In this document: one piece after another, positions 1 to 8,876 of the stretch
How the letters are laid out: each line of letters begins with the position of its first letter
Numbering within the stretch: position 1 is the stretch's first letter
From: Polyangiales bacterium
GTDB lineage: Bacteria > Myxococcota_A > Polyangia > Polyangiales > Polyangiaceae
DNA: 64,000 nucleotides
Direction of reading: 5' to 3'
Assembly (NCBI GenBank): GCA_038231275.1
Contig: JBBRLQ010000006.1
Coordinates: forward strand, 288,806 to 352,805
Translations under genes and position numbers: made by a program
Notes under the pieces: model-generated
Told to the model about the DNA's origin: nothing
Database searches by the model: none
Seen by the model: only the letters and a program-made list of their open reading frames with translations

Positions 1-1
1 G

Positions 2-1018
2 GCGCTGCGCCCGTTCTTCGTGCCGACGCTTCTCGAGTCGGTCACCGCCCAGAGGAAGACGGTCCCCGCCGGCGATCCCGCGCCGTTCGTCCCGGTCGGC
101 GACGTTCTCCAGCCGATTTTCACGCCCGCGATGGGCGCCGCGTTCCGCTCGGGCCGCGCGCTGGCGAGCCTCTTCGACGCCAAGAAGCACCCCGGCGCGC
201 CGCCGATCGCGCTCGTCGTGGATTTGCCCGGGCCCGAATCGATCGCGTTCGCCGCCGGCGCGATCGGCGCGTTCGATCCGGTGCTCCTCTTCGACAACTG
301 GCCGCACCCGCGCGGCGTCGTGAAGGCGCACCTCACCCTCGCCGCCGCCGCGTATTTTCAGCCTCTCTTCGCGAAGGCGCGACAGCGAAGCAACCAGGCG
401 CCGCCGATGTTCCTCCTCGATCGCGGGCGCCTCGCGCCCTACACCGACGACGCCACGCAGTTCGACAACCGGTGCATCGCGCGGATGCCTAGCGCGACGC
501 GGCTGGCCGCGCTCGGGCTCGCGCACATGCTCTGCGTCGTGCCCTCCTCCAGCGACACGCGCGAGTCGGACGATCTCAACGAGGACTTCGTGGACGCCGC
601 GCGCAGCAACATGCAGGTGCGCCTCGTCGCGGATGACGCCTTCGGCCCCGACCCCGACGCGATTCCGTCCGTGCACGTCGTGGACGCCGGGACGTCACCG
701 ATGCCGACGCCCGACGCGCCGCTCCACTACTACGGGCGGCAGGCCGCGACGGACGGGTGGTTCTGGGTCGATTATCCCTGGAGCGGCACGTCCGCGAAGG
801 CGCGCGAGCCCACGTTTCCACGACCCGGTTCTACGTACGTCCCGACGCCGCGATCGAGCGCGTTCTCGAGCGGGCTGCCGGTATCACCGATGCATCCGAC
901 ACCGAGCGACTTCGGTGCGGTGCCGGTCGTGATCGCCGTCGCGACCGGCGCGATCATCGGCGCGCGCATGAGCCGGAATGGCTCGTGGACGCGCTCGTCG
1001 GGATGGGGAGGCGGCTGA
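2..1018 (+). CDS. Hypothetical protein, probably 5'-truncated by the window edge; ends in a hydrophobic stretch and a Ser/Gly-rich tail
   Basis: Frame is open from base 2 to TGA at 1016-1018 with GC3-rich codons; C-terminus VVIAVATGAIIGARMSRNGSWTRSSGWGGG. Confidence 0.75.
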   Translation, partial: ALRPFFVPTLLESVTAQRKTVPAGDPAPFVPVGDVLQPIFTPAMGAAFRSGRALASLFDAKKHPGAPPIALVVDLPGPESIAFAAGAIGAFDPVLLFDNWPHPRGVVKAHLTLAAAAYFQPLFAKARQRSNQAPPMFLLDRGRLAPYTDDATQFDNRCIARMPSATRLAALGLAHMLCVVPSSSDTRESDDLNEDFVDAARSNMQVRLVADDAFGPDPDAIPSVHVVDAGTSPMPTPDAPLHYYGRQAATDGWFWVDYPWSGTSAKAREPTFPRPGSTYVPTPRSSAFSSGLPVSPMHPTPSDFGAVPVVIAVATGAIIGARMSRNGSWTRSSGWGGG

Positions 1019-1019
1019 C

Positions 1020-1586
1020 GTGCCTCGCTCGATCTTCGCCATGGAGCTGTGCTTCCCGTACAGCGACGGCCTGCACACGACGCTTCGCGCGCACGTCACG
1101 TCGCAGCCGATCGCGGCGGGGCACCAGCAGAAGTGGGAGCTGTACCGGGCGCTGCGCGCCGATCTCTACCAAGCGCTCGCGACGGTCGAGCGCGGCTGCT
1201 GGGACTACTTCGACGACGACGCGCGTGCGCAGAGCGACTACCGCATGTGGGTGAACGGCATGCTCACCGACGAGACGGCGCGCACGTCGCCTTCGGAGCC
1301 CGTCGACCCTTACCGTGGGGGCGCGCGGTACATGACGCTCACGATGGCCTTCTTGATCGCGCAGGACACGCCGACCGACGCGGCAGTGGGCGCGCTCTGC
1401 AAGGTGCCCGACGGAAGCCTCTGGGAGCGCGGCGTGTTCGCGCGGATCGTGCGCGGGCTCGACGTCCTGAACTTCGCGAGCGTGGAGAGCGACGTTCTCT
1501 ACCTCATCCCTCGGGACGGCGACTACGCGCTCACGGCGTCGGACATGTCCGAGGAAAAATTCTCGTACCTGCGTCCGCTGCACTGA
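1020..1586 (+). CDS. DUF1517-like hypothetical protein
   Basis: GTG 1 bp after the upstream stop; YMTLTMAFLI and the C-terminal VLYLIPRDGDYALTASDM..KFSYLRPL resemble the DUF1517 C-terminus. Confidence 0.55.
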   Translation: MPRSIFAMELCFPYSDGLHTTLRAHVTSQPIAAGHQQKWELYRALRADLYQALATVERGCWDYFDDDARAQSDYRMWVNGMLTDETARTSPSEPVDPYRGGARYMTLTMAFLIAQDTPTDAAVGALCKVPDGSLWERGVFARIVRGLDVLNFASVESDVLYLIPRDGDYALTASDMSEEKFSYLRPLH

Positions 1587-1606
1587 ACGTCGCGCGCGCC
1601 GCGCGG

Positions 1607-2377
1607 CTAGAACCACGTCTCCCACACGCCGGGATCGAGCTCGGCGGCGTGGAGTGTGATCGATACGCGATCACGCGCGCCGGAGAACGGGAGGATCTGG
1701 TGGAGGCGATGGCTGTCGAACGCGATGAGATCGCCCACCCCGTAGGCGAGGACGACGCTCTTCGCACGCTCGTCCTTCCGCGTGGGATGTTCCCGGCCGT
1801 GGTAGCGCGCGTCCCAGAGACGCAGACCTCCGCCCCCTTCGGGGACGTCCAGCATGATCACCACCGACACCGCGCGCCGATTCTCTGCGAGGTGTCGCTC
1901 GGTCAGGCCCTCGACGTCGAAGTGCCGGACGCCGCCGCGCGACGCCACCTCGCCTCCGGCCGGGAAGACGTGGACGCCGGCGCTGCACCAGCCTCGTCGC
2001 GCGCGCGCGTGGCCGCCCGTGAGGTCGGCCACGAGGTCCCGCATCCGCGCTTGCATGCCGGGGAGCACGCGTTCGACGCACGCGTCGGAGTCGGCGGCGC
2101 GCGCAAAATACTCGGCCGCGAGCGACGTTTCGAGATGGGTGTAGAATGCACGACCAAGCGAGAACTGCGCGCCACCGAAATCGTGGTTCCAGGCGTCGCG
2201 CGCGCGATGGACCGCCTCGCACGCGCGGGCGCACTCGTCCGGCCCGAAGAGCCGCGGCACGACCACACCGAGCCGGGCAGGCACACCGAAGAGCGCGCGC
2301 GCGGCGCCATCCGTCGACGTCCCCCGCGCGATCTCGGGCGGAGCCGACGACGCGGGCGTAGAGCGGCGGGCCTGCAC
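1607..2377 (-). CDS. 2OG-Fe(II) oxygenase superfamily protein
   Basis: HxD (RHFDVEG), GGGLRLW, distal His (HRLHQI) and RxS (DRVSIT). Confidence 0.8.
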   Translation of the reverse strand: MQARRSTPASSAPPEIARGTSTDGAARALFGVPARLGVVVPRLFGPDECARACEAVHRARDAWNHDFGGAQFSLGRAFYTHLETSLAAEYFARAADSDACVERVLPGMQARMRDLVADLTGGHARARRGWCSAGVHVFPAGGEVASRGGVRHFDVEGLTERHLAENRRAVSVVIMLDVPEGGGGLRLWDARYHGREHPTRKDERAKSVVLAYGVGDLIAFDSHRLHQILPFSGARDRVSITLHAAELDPGVWETWF

Positions 2378-2454
2378 GCCTCGATGCTATCGCAGACGGC
2401 GCCAGCGCTTTACTTCGCCGACCGCCGACACCACAAGAGAGCTGGGGGTCCTCG

Positions 2455-3411
2455 TTGAAGAAGTGGAAGAAGACGCGCACGGCGCTCGCGGTACTCGTTC
2501 TTCTGACGGGGCTCTTCGCGTCGACGTTCACGGCCTGCCCGCTGCCAGCTCCGGCCGCTCTCGTTGCTCCTCTGCCGCCCGCGTCGCCGCCCGTGGAGAT
2601 GGCGCTCTTTCAGCTCTCGACGGGCGTCACGCACCGCACCGCGGCGTTCGCGTACCGGGGCGGCGCGTTCGGCGACACCCGCGAGTTCGCGATGACCGCC
2701 GCGCTCGTGAAGCACCCGCGCGGAGACCTCCTCATCGACACCGGATTCGGGCGCGACATCGACGCGCACTTCCAGTCGCTGCCGTTTCCGTTCCGCGCGG
2801 TGACGAGCTACGCGCGAACGCGCAGCGTTGCAGAGCAACTCGACGACGCCGGCTACGATCGCAAGGCCCTCCGCGCGATCATCCTCACGCACGCGCACTG
2901 GGACCACGTGAGCGGCATCCCCGAGCTGCAGGGAACACCGGTGCGTGTGACGGCGGAAGAGCGGCGCTTCATCCGCGACGGCGGCGAGCTGTCGGCGCTC
3001 GTCCGGAGCTTCCCGAACGTGACGTACGAAGAGTACGGCTTCGAGGGAGGTCCTTACCTCGGCTTTCCGACGAGCCACGACGTGTACGGCGACGGCGCGA
3101 TCGTCATCGTGCCGGCGCCCGGGCACACGCCGGGATCGGTGATCGTGTTCGTCACGCTCCCCGGCGACCGGCGCTACGCGTTCGTGGGGGATCTGGTGTG
3201 GCAGCGCGAAGGGATCACCGAACGCGAGGAGCGTCCGTGGCTGCAGCGCAGCCTTGGGGACTCCGATCCGAGCGAGGTACGCGTCGCGATCCTTCGCATG
3301 GCGGCGATCGCCGAGCGTTTCCCGGCGATCACGCTGGTACCCGCGCACGAGCGGCGCGGCTTCGAAGGAATTCCGACGCTCGAAGCTCGGCCCAAGCGCA
3401 GGGCGCCATGA
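2455..3411 (+). CDS. Exported MBL-fold metallohydrolase, AHL-lactonase-like
   Basis: Signal/lipobox-like N-terminus; LIDTG, THAHWDH, PGHTPG, FVGD, PAH motifs. Confidence 0.85.
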   Translation: MKKWKKTRTALAVLVLLTGLFASTFTACPLPAPAALVAPLPPASPPVEMALFQLSTGVTHRTAAFAYRGGAFGDTREFAMTAALVKHPRGDLLIDTGFGRDIDAHFQSLPFPFRAVTSYARTRSVAEQLDDAGYDRKALRAIILTHAHWDHVSGIPELQGTPVRVTAEERRFIRDGGELSALVRSFPNVTYEEYGFEGGPYLGFPTSHDVYGDGAIVIVPAPGHTPGSVIVFVTLPGDRRYAFVGDLVWQREGITEREERPWLQRSLGDSDPSEVRVAILRMAAIAERFPAITLVPAHERRGFEGIPTLEARPKRRAP

Positions 3412-3459
3412 CGGAATCTCGGCAGGTCGGGTAAAATCGCCACCGGCATGTCGCCACCA

Positions 3460-3487
3460 TGTCGAGAACCGCCCCGCGGCTCCGATC
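3460..3487 (+). promoter_or_regulatory. Putative ECF42-type promoter (TGTCGA-N17-CGATC) for the yciI-sigma operon
   Basis: TGTCGA at 3460-3465 and CGATC at 3483-3487, upstream of a YciI/DGPF + TPR-extended sigma pair; resembles the described ECF42 motif. Confidence 0.5.
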
Positions 3488-3533
3488 ACGGTATGAACGC
3501 GCGCATCGGAGCGCGCCCAACGAGGAGTCGTCG

Positions 3534-3929
3534 ATGAAATACATGATGATGATGAACGTCCCCGCCGGTGGCACCTACAAGATCTTCTCTTGGCCGAAGG
3601 AGGACATCCACCGGCACATCGCGTTCATGAAGACCTTCGCCACGAAGCTCCGCGCGTCGGGCGAGCTCGTTTCGGCCGAGGGTTTGTCGGGCCCTGATCA
3701 GGCGAAGCTCGTCCGGGCAGGCAAGGACGGCAAGCCTATTACCGACGGCGTCTTCCCGGAGGCCAAGGAGTTTCTGGCCGGCTATTGGATCGTGGACGTC
3801 GAGACGACGGAGCGCGTCCTCGAGCTCGCCGCAGAGGCGTCGGCGGCGCCTGGCCCCGGCGGCGCGCCACTGAACATGGCCATCGAAGTGCGTCAGGTGA
3901 TGAGCGCTCCGCCCAAAGAGCTCCTCTGA
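3534..3929 (+). CDS. YciI/DGPF family protein
   Basis: MKYMMMM start, ITDGVFPEAKEFLAGYWIVDV, IEVRQV. Confidence 0.85.
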   Translation: MKYMMMMNVPAGGTYKIFSWPKEDIHRHIAFMKTFATKLRASGELVSAEGLSGPDQAKLVRAGKDGKPITDGVFPEAKEFLAGYWIVDVETTERVLELAAEASAAPGPGGAPLNMAIEVRQVMSAPPKELL

Positions 3930-5170
3930 TGACGGCGCCGCTCGACCGGCCGACGCAGCACTTGCTCCGCGATCTCGCGCCGCAGGTGCTCGGCGCGCTC
4001 GTCCGGCGGATCCACGATTTCGCTGCCGCCGAGGACGCGGTGCAGGAGGCGCTCGTCGCGGCGGCGACGCAGTGGCCGAGCGACGGCGTGCCCGAGAATC
4101 CGCGCGCGTGGCTGATCCGTGTCGCGTCGCGTCGCATCACCGATCACGTCCGCGCCGAGAGCGCGCGCAGGCACCGCGAGGCGATTGTCGTCAGCTTGGT
4201 GCCGCCGGAGGAGCAAATGGCGCTGGCGGCCGACCACGGAGAGGACGACACCCTCGAGCTCCTCTTCATGTGCTGCCACCCGTCGCTCTCACCGGCCTCG
4301 GCGATCGCGCTGACGCTGCGCGCGATCGGAGGGCTCACCACGTTCGAGATCGCGACGGCGTTCCTGGTGCCGGAGGCGACGATGGCGCAGCGAATCAGCC
4401 GTGCGAAGCGGACGGTTCAGGCGTCGGGAATTCCGTTCGAGCCCACCGACGCCGCGGAGCGGACCGCTCGGCTCGGCGCGGTGACCCACGTCCTCTACTT
4501 GATCTTCAGCGAGGGCTACACCGCGAGCGCCGGCGAGGAGCTGCACCGGAGCGATCTCTCCGACGAGGCGCTCCGGCTGACGCGCGTGCTTCATCGCCTG
4601 TTGCCGGACGACGCCGAGGTCGCCGGGCTCGTCGCGCTCATGCTCCTCACCAACGCGCGACGCGCGGCGCGGACCGGTCCCGACGGCGAGCTCGTACCAC
4701 TCGACCAACAAGACCGAACGCTCTGGGACCGCGCGGCGATCGCCGAGGGCGTGGCGCTCGTCAGCGCGACGTTGCCGCGCGGCGCGGTGGGGCCGTACCA
4801 GCTCCAGGCCGCCATCGCGGCCGTTCACGACGAAGCGGCGAGCACGGAGGAGACCGATTGGGAGCAGATCCTCGCGCTCTACGGCGTGCTCGCGACGATG
4901 AGTGACAATCCGGCCGTGTCGCTGAGCCGCGCCGTCGCGACGGCGATGGTGCACGGTCCCGCGGCAGGGCTGATGCAGCTCGACGCGCTCGCCGGCGATC
5001 CGCGCCTCGCGGGGCATCACCGACTCGACGCCGTGCGCGCGCACCTGCTGGAGCGCGCGGGCGATCGCGAAGGGGCGGTCCAACACTATCGGCGAGCGGC
5101 GAACCTGACGACGAGCATCGCCGAGCGCAACTACCTCCTCACCCACGCCGCTCGCCTCGCGGGTGGGTGA
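3929..5170 (+). CDS. ECF sigma factor with C-terminal TPR/DUF6596 extension (ECF42-like)
   Basis: TGATG coupling to yciI; AEDAVQEAL, LLFMCCHP, MAQRISRAK, LYLIFSEGY, GPYQLQAAIAAVH. Confidence 0.88.
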   Translation: MTAPLDRPTQHLLRDLAPQVLGALVRRIHDFAAAEDAVQEALVAAATQWPSDGVPENPRAWLIRVASRRITDHVRAESARRHREAIVVSLVPPEEQMALAADHGEDDTLELLFMCCHPSLSPASAIALTLRAIGGLTTFEIATAFLVPEATMAQRISRAKRTVQASGIPFEPTDAAERTARLGAVTHVLYLIFSEGYTASAGEELHRSDLSDEALRLTRVLHRLLPDDAEVAGLVALMLLTNARRAARTGPDGELVPLDQQDRTLWDRAAIAEGVALVSATLPRGAVGPYQLQAAIAAVHDEAASTEETDWEQILALYGVLATMSDNPAVSLSRAVATAMVHGPAAGLMQLDALAGDPRLAGHHRLDAVRAHLLERAGDREGAVQHYRRAANLTTSIAERNYLLTHAARLAGG

Positions 5171-5213
5171 CGGCGCACCCGATCGCGCTCACCTGCCGAG
5201 CGCGTGGACGAGC

Positions 5214-5813
5214 TCAGCCGCGCGTGCGGTCGTCGAAGAGGTGCAGGCGCGCGTCGAGCACGCGGGTGAAGACGGCGAGGGCTTCGGCGTGGCGGCCATC
5301 GAGCTCGTGCGCGCGCCCTCCTTCCAGCCGCACGCCACTCTCGTCGCGCGTGTCGGGTTCCCAGTACATGTTGCCGAGGACGCGGAGCCCGCGTTTCGCG
5401 TGCACGAGCGCCGCGTCGACGTCGCCGTCCTCTCCCGCCTTCTTCGCGGCCGCAAGCTCGCGCCGCGCTTCGTTCGCGCGGAGACCTCCGATGCGCTGGA
5501 GCGTCTCGCGCCGCGCACGCACGTCGGGACCTTCGGTTCCGCTGTCCCACGTCGCCTTGCGCGGAGCCCACGGCGCGGCGATCGCGAGCGCGTGCCGGTA
5601 GCGCGGATTCTCTGCGTGATCCCCCGCGGGAACGCCGGCAAGCCCGCTCTCGAGCGCCGGCGTCAAGAACGCGCCTGTCCACGCAATCGCGACGGCGGGC
5701 AACGACGGCTCGCGCGCGTCGTCGGACGTGAAGCGCACCTCGTTCGCGCTCACCTCCATCTGCTCGCGTACGTCGCCTCGCAGCGTCGTCAGGGTCACGG
5801 TCGGCGGCGCCAT
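5214..5813 (-). CDS. Hypothetical protein, candidate immunity protein
   Basis: Starts 2 bp after the JAB-like gene stop; helical C-terminus AKRGLRVLGNMY..DESGVRL..AVFTRVLDARL. Confidence 0.55.
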   Translation of the reverse strand: MAPPTVTLTTLRGDVREQMEVSANEVRFTSDDAREPSLPAVAIAWTGAFLTPALESGLAGVPAGDHAENPRYRHALAIAAPWAPRKATWDSGTEGPDVRARRETLQRIGGLRANEARRELAAAKKAGEDGDVDAALVHAKRGLRVLGNMYWEPDTRDESGVRLEGGRAHELDGRHAEALAVFTRVLDARLHLFDDRTRG

Positions 5814-5815
5814 GG

Positions 5816-6526
5816 CTACTTTTTCACCTCGTCGGCGGAGCACCCTTTGCCCTCGTAGTACTTGAGGTGGAGCCTGTCCGCCGTCTCCGCCGCCGCTTGC
5901 CGGCTCGCCTCCGGAAAGCCCATCCCACCGTTGACGAGCTGGCCGATGCGCGCGTTCTGATCGTTGTTCGTCTGCTCGAAGTCGACGTGGCCTGGCGTGG
6001 CGGAGGTGGGCTCGTAGATGAAGAGACCGTCGCCGCTGCGCGCCACCATGATGTCGTGGTGGTTGTTGACCATGTACGCCGCGTCGCCGCCGCTGAGCGA
6101 TACGTCGGTGTAATTCCCCTCGCTCGCGTCGTACGGGTGCGTGTGGAAGATGCCGAGGACCTTGTCGCCGGCCGGCGCCGACAGATCCGGCGAGAAGCTC
6201 CCGGCGTTCGGCCGCTGTCCGGCGCCCGCGTTCGCGAGGGCCATGTTCCCGTCGGAGTCGCTGACGAGCGTGCCGCCGTGCTCCTGCGAGTGGCCGCCGG
6301 GATAGCTGTCGTCCATGAGCTGCTTCATCTTGTCGCAGACGTCTTTCGGAAACTTCTTTTTTCCGGTGCACGTCGGGCAGCCGCTCGAGCCGGGCTTCGG
6401 ACGGCGCAGCGCCTCCTGCGCGTCCATTCGTTTGAGCTCGGCCACCTCGCCCGGGGCGTACTCCGTCTTGCCGGCGACGAACCCCTCCTGGTTGTCCGAA
6501 ATCTCGGGAAACTGTTTGCCGTACAT
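5816..6526 (-). CDS. JAB/MPN-like metalloprotein (DUF4329-like toxin domain)
   Basis: RBS AGGGGG; QEHGG, FHTHP and SLSGGD match the JAMM E..HxH..S..D signature. Confidence 0.7.
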   Translation of the reverse strand: MYGKQFPEISDNQEGFVAGKTEYAPGEVAELKRMDAQEALRRPKPGSSGCPTCTGKKKFPKDVCDKMKQLMDDSYPGGHSQEHGGTLVSDSDGNMALANAGAGQRPNAGSFSPDLSAPAGDKVLGIFHTHPYDASEGNYTDVSLSGGDAAYMVNNHHDIMVARSGDGLFIYEPTSATPGHVDFEQTNNDQNARIGQLVNGGMGFPEASRQAAAETADRLHLKYYEGKGCSADEVKK

Positions 6527-6539
6527 TGACGAGTCCCCC

Positions 6540-7043
6540 TTACCGGCGCTGTCGAGGCATGGGGAACATCGGGTACGCGTCCTCGGCGGAGGCCGGCGGC
6601 GCAGGCGGCTCGGAGCGCGCGCCCGACGTGGAGCGCATTTCGAGGCCGGCGAGGAGCTGCTCGAAGTCGGCCACGTCTTCGTTGCCTGCGCGGACGCACG
6701 ACGCGACGAGGAGGTCCCCGCCGCCGGCATCCACCCACGCGACGGTCTCGCGCATCGGGTTCCCCTCCTCCTTCCAGCGCATCGCCGCTTTGAACGCCGG
6801 ACACCCTGCGATGCTCACCGGTCCCGCCTCGACGAGGAATCGCGCGACGTCGCGGGTCATCGCGTAGACGCGGTGGCGCCCGTACGCGACCACCGGTTCG
6901 TTCAGCGCGCCGGGCTCGAACAAGACGACGATCCGCGGGAGGGGCCCGGGCGCCTGCGTGAAGACCTCCCGCCGCCGCGTGCGCCAGCCGAGAGGGCCCG
7001 CCAGCGAGAAGCCGCCGAGGGAGAACGCGGCGTCTGCGGCCAT
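6540..7043 (-). CDS. Hypothetical protein, possibly DcrB/DUF1795/PsbP-like fold
   Basis: P.GW near the N-terminus, VSIAGCPA, and a terminal helix (FEQLLAGLEM) give a Mog1/PsbP-like pattern; low certainty. Confidence 0.45.
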   Translation of the reverse strand: MAADAAFSLGGFSLAGPLGWRTRRREVFTQAPGPLPRIVVLFEPGALNEPVVAYGRHRVYAMTRDVARFLVEAGPVSIAGCPAFKAAMRWKEEGNPMRETVAWVDAGGGDLLVASCVRAGNEDVADFEQLLAGLEMRSTSGARSEPPAPPASAEDAYPMFPMPRQRR

Positions 7044-7136
7044 CGATCGATCATACGCGCATGAAGGAGGGGACCTTCCGCGCCGTGAAGAGCGCGCGGA
7101 GTTGACAGCCCCGACGGCCTGCGATTCCTTCGGCAA

Positions 7137-7505
7137 ATGGACAAAGTCGAACAAGGTCTATATTGGCCCGAAGCGATGCTCCGCGACTTGGCGCAGCAAG
7201 CCCATCGGCTCGACAGGAGCCTGTCGTGGTGCGGACAGCGGGCATGGACGCTTGCACGGACCGAGCTACGGACGCTCGGACCTGTCGCCGAGCATCCACG
7301 CGCGGAGGCAACCTACGAAGAGCGTTATGCGAGCGATGACGCCGAGGGAGAAATGAACGTGCGGAAGCAGACGCTTTTCTTTCCGTCCGAGATGCTCGAG
7401 GAAATCAAGGAGGCGGCGCAGCGCCAGGACAGGTCCCTTTCGTGGCTCATGCAGCGTGCGTGGTGTCTGGCCGTTTCGGAAATCGAGAAGCTCCGGGCCG
7501 AGTGA
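7137..7505 (+). CDS. Tandem two-domain TIGR04563-like (ribbon-helix-helix) protein
   Basis: Two copies of Q.L[YF].P..ML.......R.DRSLSW..QRAW.LA. Confidence 0.8.
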   Translation: MDKVEQGLYWPEAMLRDLAQQAHRLDRSLSWCGQRAWTLARTELRTLGPVAEHPRAEATYEERYASDDAEGEMNVRKQTLFFPSEMLEEIKEAAQRQDRSLSWLMQRAWCLAVSEIEKLRAE

Positions 7506-7537
7506 GTTCGGATGATTGAGATTCTCGACGGGCGGCT

Positions 7538-7626
7538 GAGTGGAGTGGAGCGAAGCGCAGCGGAGCGAAACGCTCCTGACCTCCAGACGGAAAGGCCTGA
7601 CCGGCTTTTCCGGTCAGGCCTTGAGG
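7538..7626. repeat. REP-like structured element: seven tandem pentamers plus a perfect 13-bp hairpin
   Basis: GAGTG GAGTG GAGCG AAGCG CAGCG GAGCG AAACG at 7538-7572; AAGGCCTGACCGG-ctttt-CCGGTCAGGCCTT at 7592-7622. Confidence 0.6.
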
Positions 7627-7660
7627 CGAGCGGCTGCCAATTGTGACATCGTGGCGGCGG

Positions 7661-8704
7661 ATGCAGAGAGATGGGCTCACCGTTTCGGTCGTTGCGCGGG
7701 CATGCGCAGCTCTGGCGTGTGCGAGCCTGCTCGGCGCGTGCCCGGGTGCGGTTACCCCCGCGCCTTCCGGTGGGCCGACGCGACCCGTGCTCATCGCCTC
7801 GTTCGATCTACCGCGGGAGGTCCGGAGCCGCGAGCTGTCGGGGATCACGTGGGATGACCGAGCGCGGATCCTCTACGCCATCTCCGATGAGCTACCGAGC
7901 ATCGTCCCGATGTTCCCGAGCCCGAAGTACGACGCGTGGACCTTCGGCGATGCGATCCCGCTGGAGGTGTCGTCGCCGTGGGATGGCGAAGGGCTCGCGC
8001 TGACGGAGACGGGCTTCGCGGTGGCGAACGAAGCTGGACCGCATCTCTATGATCTGGATCGGAGTGGGCACGTTCGCGCGGAAGTTCCGCTGCCCGACCA
8101 TTTCGCTTCCGCGGTTCCCAATGCCGCGCTGGAGAGTTTGTCGGTGAGCCCCGACCGTCGCTACCTCTTCACCGCCAACGAACGCGCGCTCAGGGACGAC
8201 GGCGGGCAGCCGACGACGCTGCGCGGGACGACCATCCGGATCCTGCGAATGGATCGCGTGTCCGGCGCGCGCGTCGAGTTCGCCTATCGAACCGACGCGG
8301 TCTTTGCCGAGGGGGATGGCGGAGAGATCGGCGTCGCTGACGTCGCAGCTCTTGCGGATGCCGATCTGCTCGTGCTCGAGCGCGCCTACGTGCCGCACGT
8401 CGGAAATCAGATCCGCATCTATCGCGTGAATCTATCCGGCGCGGCCGACGTGCTCGAGCTCCCGAGCCTCAACGCCGACACGCCGGTCGTGCCCAAGGTG
8501 CTCCTGATCGATCTGGCGGACGTCCCCGGGCAGGATCGGCGTCACGGCGCGCCCGGCGCTCACCCGTTGTACGCGAACTACGAAGGCCTCGCGCTCGGGC
8601 CTCGTCGCGACGACGGACGCCGCATGCTGTTTCTCGTCAGCGACGACAACAACAAGCCCGACCAGATCCCCCGCCTCCTCACGCTCGCGCTCGACGTGCC
8701 GTAA
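7661..8704 (+). CDS. Esterase-like activity of phytase family lipoprotein (beta-propeller)
   Basis: Lipobox LGAC; ELSGI, AISD, DGEGL, NAALESL, LVLER, NYEGL, LVSDDN. Confidence 0.85.
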   Translation: MQRDGLTVSVVARACAALACASLLGACPGAVTPAPSGGPTRPVLIASFDLPREVRSRELSGITWDDRARILYAISDELPSIVPMFPSPKYDAWTFGDAIPLEVSSPWDGEGLALTETGFAVANEAGPHLYDLDRSGHVRAEVPLPDHFASAVPNAALESLSVSPDRRYLFTANERALRDDGGQPTTLRGTTIRILRMDRVSGARVEFAYRTDAVFAEGDGGEIGVADVAALADADLLVLERAYVPHVGNQIRIYRVNLSGAADVLELPSLNADTPVVPKVLLIDLADVPGQDRRHGAPGAHPLYANYEGLALGPRRDDGRRMLFLVSDDNNKPDQIPRLLTLALDVP

Positions 8705-8876
8705 TCATGAGTCCTCCCTCGTGGGGTGTGTAAGCCGTCGCAACAGCCATCACGTGGATCGCGGCAACTCGCCAATGGACCTGCGAGGATCCGAGTTATC
8801 CACCGTGTTGTAAGTTATTTCCGCCAGTTAGATGACGTGTGGTCATGGCATACATGTCGCATTGTGTAGGCTCACT

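Noticed and set aside
5816-6526. JAB protein as part of a CBASS/Bil-type ubiquitin-like defence system or as RadC
   Set aside because: No E1, E2, Ubl or CD-NTase genes adjacent, and no RadC HNHPSG motif or HhH region
8796-8804. DnaA-box-like TTATCCACC in an AT-richer spacer
   Set aside because: Single 8/9 match with no box cluster and no dnaA/dnaN nearby; not oriC
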